Shown: in pieces, positions 61,901 through 64,000 of the stretch
How the letters are laid out: every line of letters starts with the position of its first letter
Numbering within the stretch: position 1 is the first letter of the stretch
Source: Hormiphora californensis
Lineage: Eukaryota > Animalia > Ctenophora
Assembly: GCA_020137815.1 (NCBI GenBank)
Contig: CM035352.1
Coordinates: 8,308,001 to 8,372,000, forward strand
DNA length: 64,000 bases
Direction: 5' to 3'
Notes under the pieces: generated by a model
Databases searched by the model: none
Told to the model about the DNA's origin: nothing
What the model saw: the letters and a program-made list of their open reading frames with translations, nothing else
Program-made: the position numbers and the translations under genes

Positions 61901-63487
61901 ACATCATACATATCAGTATAAATTCCATCCATTTTATATGTTGTACGGGGTGTTGGTCTTCTACGTATTTTACGGGGTGTTGGCCTCCTACGTCCCCTCA
62001 TGTGATTCGAGTTTCCCCACTCTCTCACTCTCTCTCTAGTTTCACCACTCGCGTCTTTCCTTGTTGTTATTTCGATAAGAAGTCGTCCTTCCCTTTTGTA
62101 AACTGATATTCTTCACCCTTTCTGTACCTTCGTCCTTCGTTATCTGGCAAACTCAATCAGGATATTGGGCCTTTCTTGTGATAGTCGACAAGCCTATGGG
62201 CGCTCGGAGTAGTAGTAGCTGTAGTGTTCACAGTGGGTAATTTTCCTGTGTGACCCTACAAAATGAAATATATGCCGTAGAAATCATATTTTTGGGCCAA
62301 AGTGACCTCTCCTAGACTAAAACCGTGCCTAGAAAGCGATTTAGACACTTTTCAGAGTGCTTAGATGCCACCTTTTTGAGATATTTGAAGAAAATTAGTT
62401 AGCTAATTAATAACTTGATTAAGTAAAAACGTAACTTGGCTCAGGAACCACTTAGAGATCCAATTTTTGATGCAAATTGTCCGGAATGTGCATGTTTATA
62501 TAGGACTTATGAAGCAACATATGGCCTAAATCAAACCGTTTTTGAGTTATATGCCACTTTAGATCAGGCATTTTACACATAAAAGCCGAAAAAGCGAAAA
62601 ATCGCTTAAATTTCGCACTTTAAATGGCTATAAAATTCAAACGGGGGAAAAGTGGGGAATTCCCGCGACACCACAATGTTCCAAATTGTCCAGAGAGTCA
62701 GAATATCACAATGAAAAGCTTGGCGTCGAGTGGCGAAGTAACTTTTTTTGGTCATTCATACCCTAAAAATAGCCTAAATTTGACACGCGCGACTGAGAAA
62801 AAACAGTTAGAGAAAGACATATTGAACCCTAGTCACTGAAAAGAACACAAAACAACCATCACGATACAAAAGAAATGAAAGAAAAAGAATGAAAGGTATT
62901 GCAGTAGTGTGCACATGGATCTAAGCGAATTTCACACCCAAAATGAAAACCCACAATTTCCCCCAACTTCAAACTAACATAAAATCTGTAAATCTCAATA
63001 TTTTTCGATGCGGTTTGTTTTACGTGAAACCTTGATTATTTTTACTATCGATATCCAAATTTCAGCAAATTTAAAGACAACTTTTTTCCCCACTTTGTAG
63101 GGTCGTTACCCACTGTGGTGTTGGGCCATTTGTCTGTTTCCTTGAGAACGTGGATTGTGTTGGTTCTATTTCCTGGAAGATATGGCTGATTTTATTTGTC
63201 CTTTGGGCTTTGGGCCAAAGTTTGGCTCCTTAGATGGTAGCTGATAACACTCTCTTCCCAGTTTGGCGTTGTAGTACCTACTGACACTTTTGCAGGATCT
63301 AGTCCGCGAGGAAAAGACAGCGAAGAGTGTTGAAACTGAAAACTTGGTTCGAGAGAGTACCCGTGTTCTAAAGAGCAAGGTTAACAAGCTACAGAAGTAT
63401 GTGGAACATTTAACCAGCACTATCGAGTCATATACATCCACTCTCCCCCCACGGACCCCCACTCAGCAGGTTTGTGATTGTGTCTAA
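48291..63487 (+). CDS. TRPM: TRPM-family cation channel, more than 25 small exons; exact ends uncertain
   Basis: DAFGKIKF..KYIRL, GLIKAAMTTNGWIITSGINAG, CIGFSSWG, LNPHHTHFL-like segment, ALGWNRPD, FIAHPACQ, WLLLYVLDE, LRFLHSFTIDSTLGPTIMMI, QMFGEL, LVNILIAMFSDTY..FKFQR (TRP box), C-terminal coiled coil. Confidence 0.9.
48417..49396. mobile_element. TA-flanked MITE with long TIRs in TRPM intron 1
   Basis: TA|ccgcgtgggccaataaaaagg ... cctttttattggcccacgcgg|TA. Confidence 0.85.
51404..51610 (+). repeat. 4 x ~58-bp duplication of TRPM exon end plus splice donor
   Basis: cacactgcccactaccctcgcatYaag|gtt repeated. Confidence 0.9.
55375..56358 (-). CDS. intact single-exon rhodopsin-like GPCR nested antisense in a TRPM intron
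   Basis: 327 aa, 7 hydrophobic segments, LACSDLL, ATVRFIQIRWPF; lies between TRPM exons ending ~54614 and starting ~57850. Confidence 0.85.
   Translation of the reverse strand: MAVFSEGKTSFPDFGVFQILVCLALVSAPLNAMVIRHNYYKKYSISQVLYIILACSDLLSSVVLSPVALSALWAEKDPNCGMVKNFLTFNISDVLCEDYYILYSKRINPSIFGLSVSLMVYTLQYAPIMITAIFATVRFIQIRWPFAHLPLKYILLGTVFSILYPPLYIAYLVTKGWPYTLKPVIFGIDFPYIGGPFYFIYLLASIGVVNLLGITSTCLTLSYLIWLYRHPIGGQKRSLNGTIKISILNFNSTVSMGIFIYTIVAKPFAYKTQDMKSTVELDTLVTPFIGSYLAHNLWPTTASLINGLLYLAFTKNARTLRRKEMRY
56423..57059. mobile_element. foldback MITE, TA TSD (Tc1/mariner-like ends)
   Basis: TA|cagggtgttcattt ... aaatgaacacccag|TA; the whole element is palindromic. Confidence 0.85.
57177..57250. repeat. 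28-bp tandem repeat, ~2.6 copies
   Basis: tcagagcattggcctgaccggactgcgg; related motif at 60071-60127. Confidence 0.85.
57960..59155 (+). repeat. 43-bp tandem array, 28 copies, each containing the TRPM exon end and 5' splice site
   Basis: ggggtctacacaaacattcctaccagg|gtaagtagtatttgtt. Confidence 0.97.
62229..63117. mobile_element. non-autonomous Transib/RAG-like transposon in a TRPM intron
   Basis: GTGTT 5-bp TSD (62224-62228, 63118-63122); CACAGTG...CACTGTG termini. Confidence 0.88.
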
Positions 63488-64000
63488 ATAGTGATTGTTT
63501 CTATTTCCTTCAATATCTGCTTTCACTTTTGTATCCTGGCCGTGTAAGTATTTCCGTTTATCGTGTATACCTACTGCCAATGTGTCAACCAAGTGATTTT
63601 CCAAACATTCAACCTACTCTTGTGATATACATATCGTGATATATTTCAGGGTATGTGATGTGATCCTTTAACAGTGATGTGACACTAAATCCGTGATGTG
63701 ATCCTGAAACAGTGATGTGACACTAAATCCGTGATGTGATCTTGTGATGTGTTAACATTGATCATTTGGTTTTTGAACCTGAATATTCTTGGCAGGATAA
63801 TATCGATCTGGGTATCGAGGACTGCGAGGAAGACCAAAACGGAGAATAATATTATTGATAGTATGCTTTTCAGATGTCCTTTTTCAGAGTTTTTGTATAT
63901 AACGATGCATGTGTAATATATTTTCTGGTAGTTTTTTAGTGTGAGTTTATTATGGAGTTCTTTTTCTATTCAGAATTCATCCAGTTTTCAGTTTCTCTTT

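Overview
Eukaryotic, intron-rich animal genomic DNA. The gene set and repeat families are most consistent with a ctenophore of the Pleurobrachia/Hormiphora type (inference). Genes from left to right: GID4 exon 1 (-); a very large GPCR with lectin/discoidin-like, 4 kringle and LDLa modules (-); an intronless class-A-like GPCR (-); ARL6/BBS3 (+, 7 coding exons); SDR16C-type dehydrogenase copy A (-); two tandem XK-related scramblase genes (-), one carrying a 4.2-kb 33-bp coding minisatellite in its tail; SDR copy B (-); and a multi-exon TRPM channel (+) with an antisense GPCR nested in an intron. Mobile DNA is dense. A full-length R4/Dong-clade RLE non-LTR retrotransposon sits in a (GA)n microsatellite in ARL6 intron 3, and many palindromic MITEs are present (Tc1/mariner-pogo-, Chapaev-, Kolobok- and Transib-like). 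Most striking observations: (1) a Transib-like element with perfect CACAGTG heptamers, a 5-bp TSD and nonamer-like boxes at 12- and 22-bp spacing, i.e. a V(D)J RSS-like asymmetric pair; (2) an HDV-like ribozyme fold at the 5' end of the retrotransposon with A at the catalytic-C position, plus partial 5'/3' end complementarity; (3) 28 tandem copies of a TRPM exon end plus splice donor; (4) RFX X-box-like palindromes clustered next to splice sites of a subset of genes. Several CDSs carry 1-2 nt insertions that may be assembly errors.
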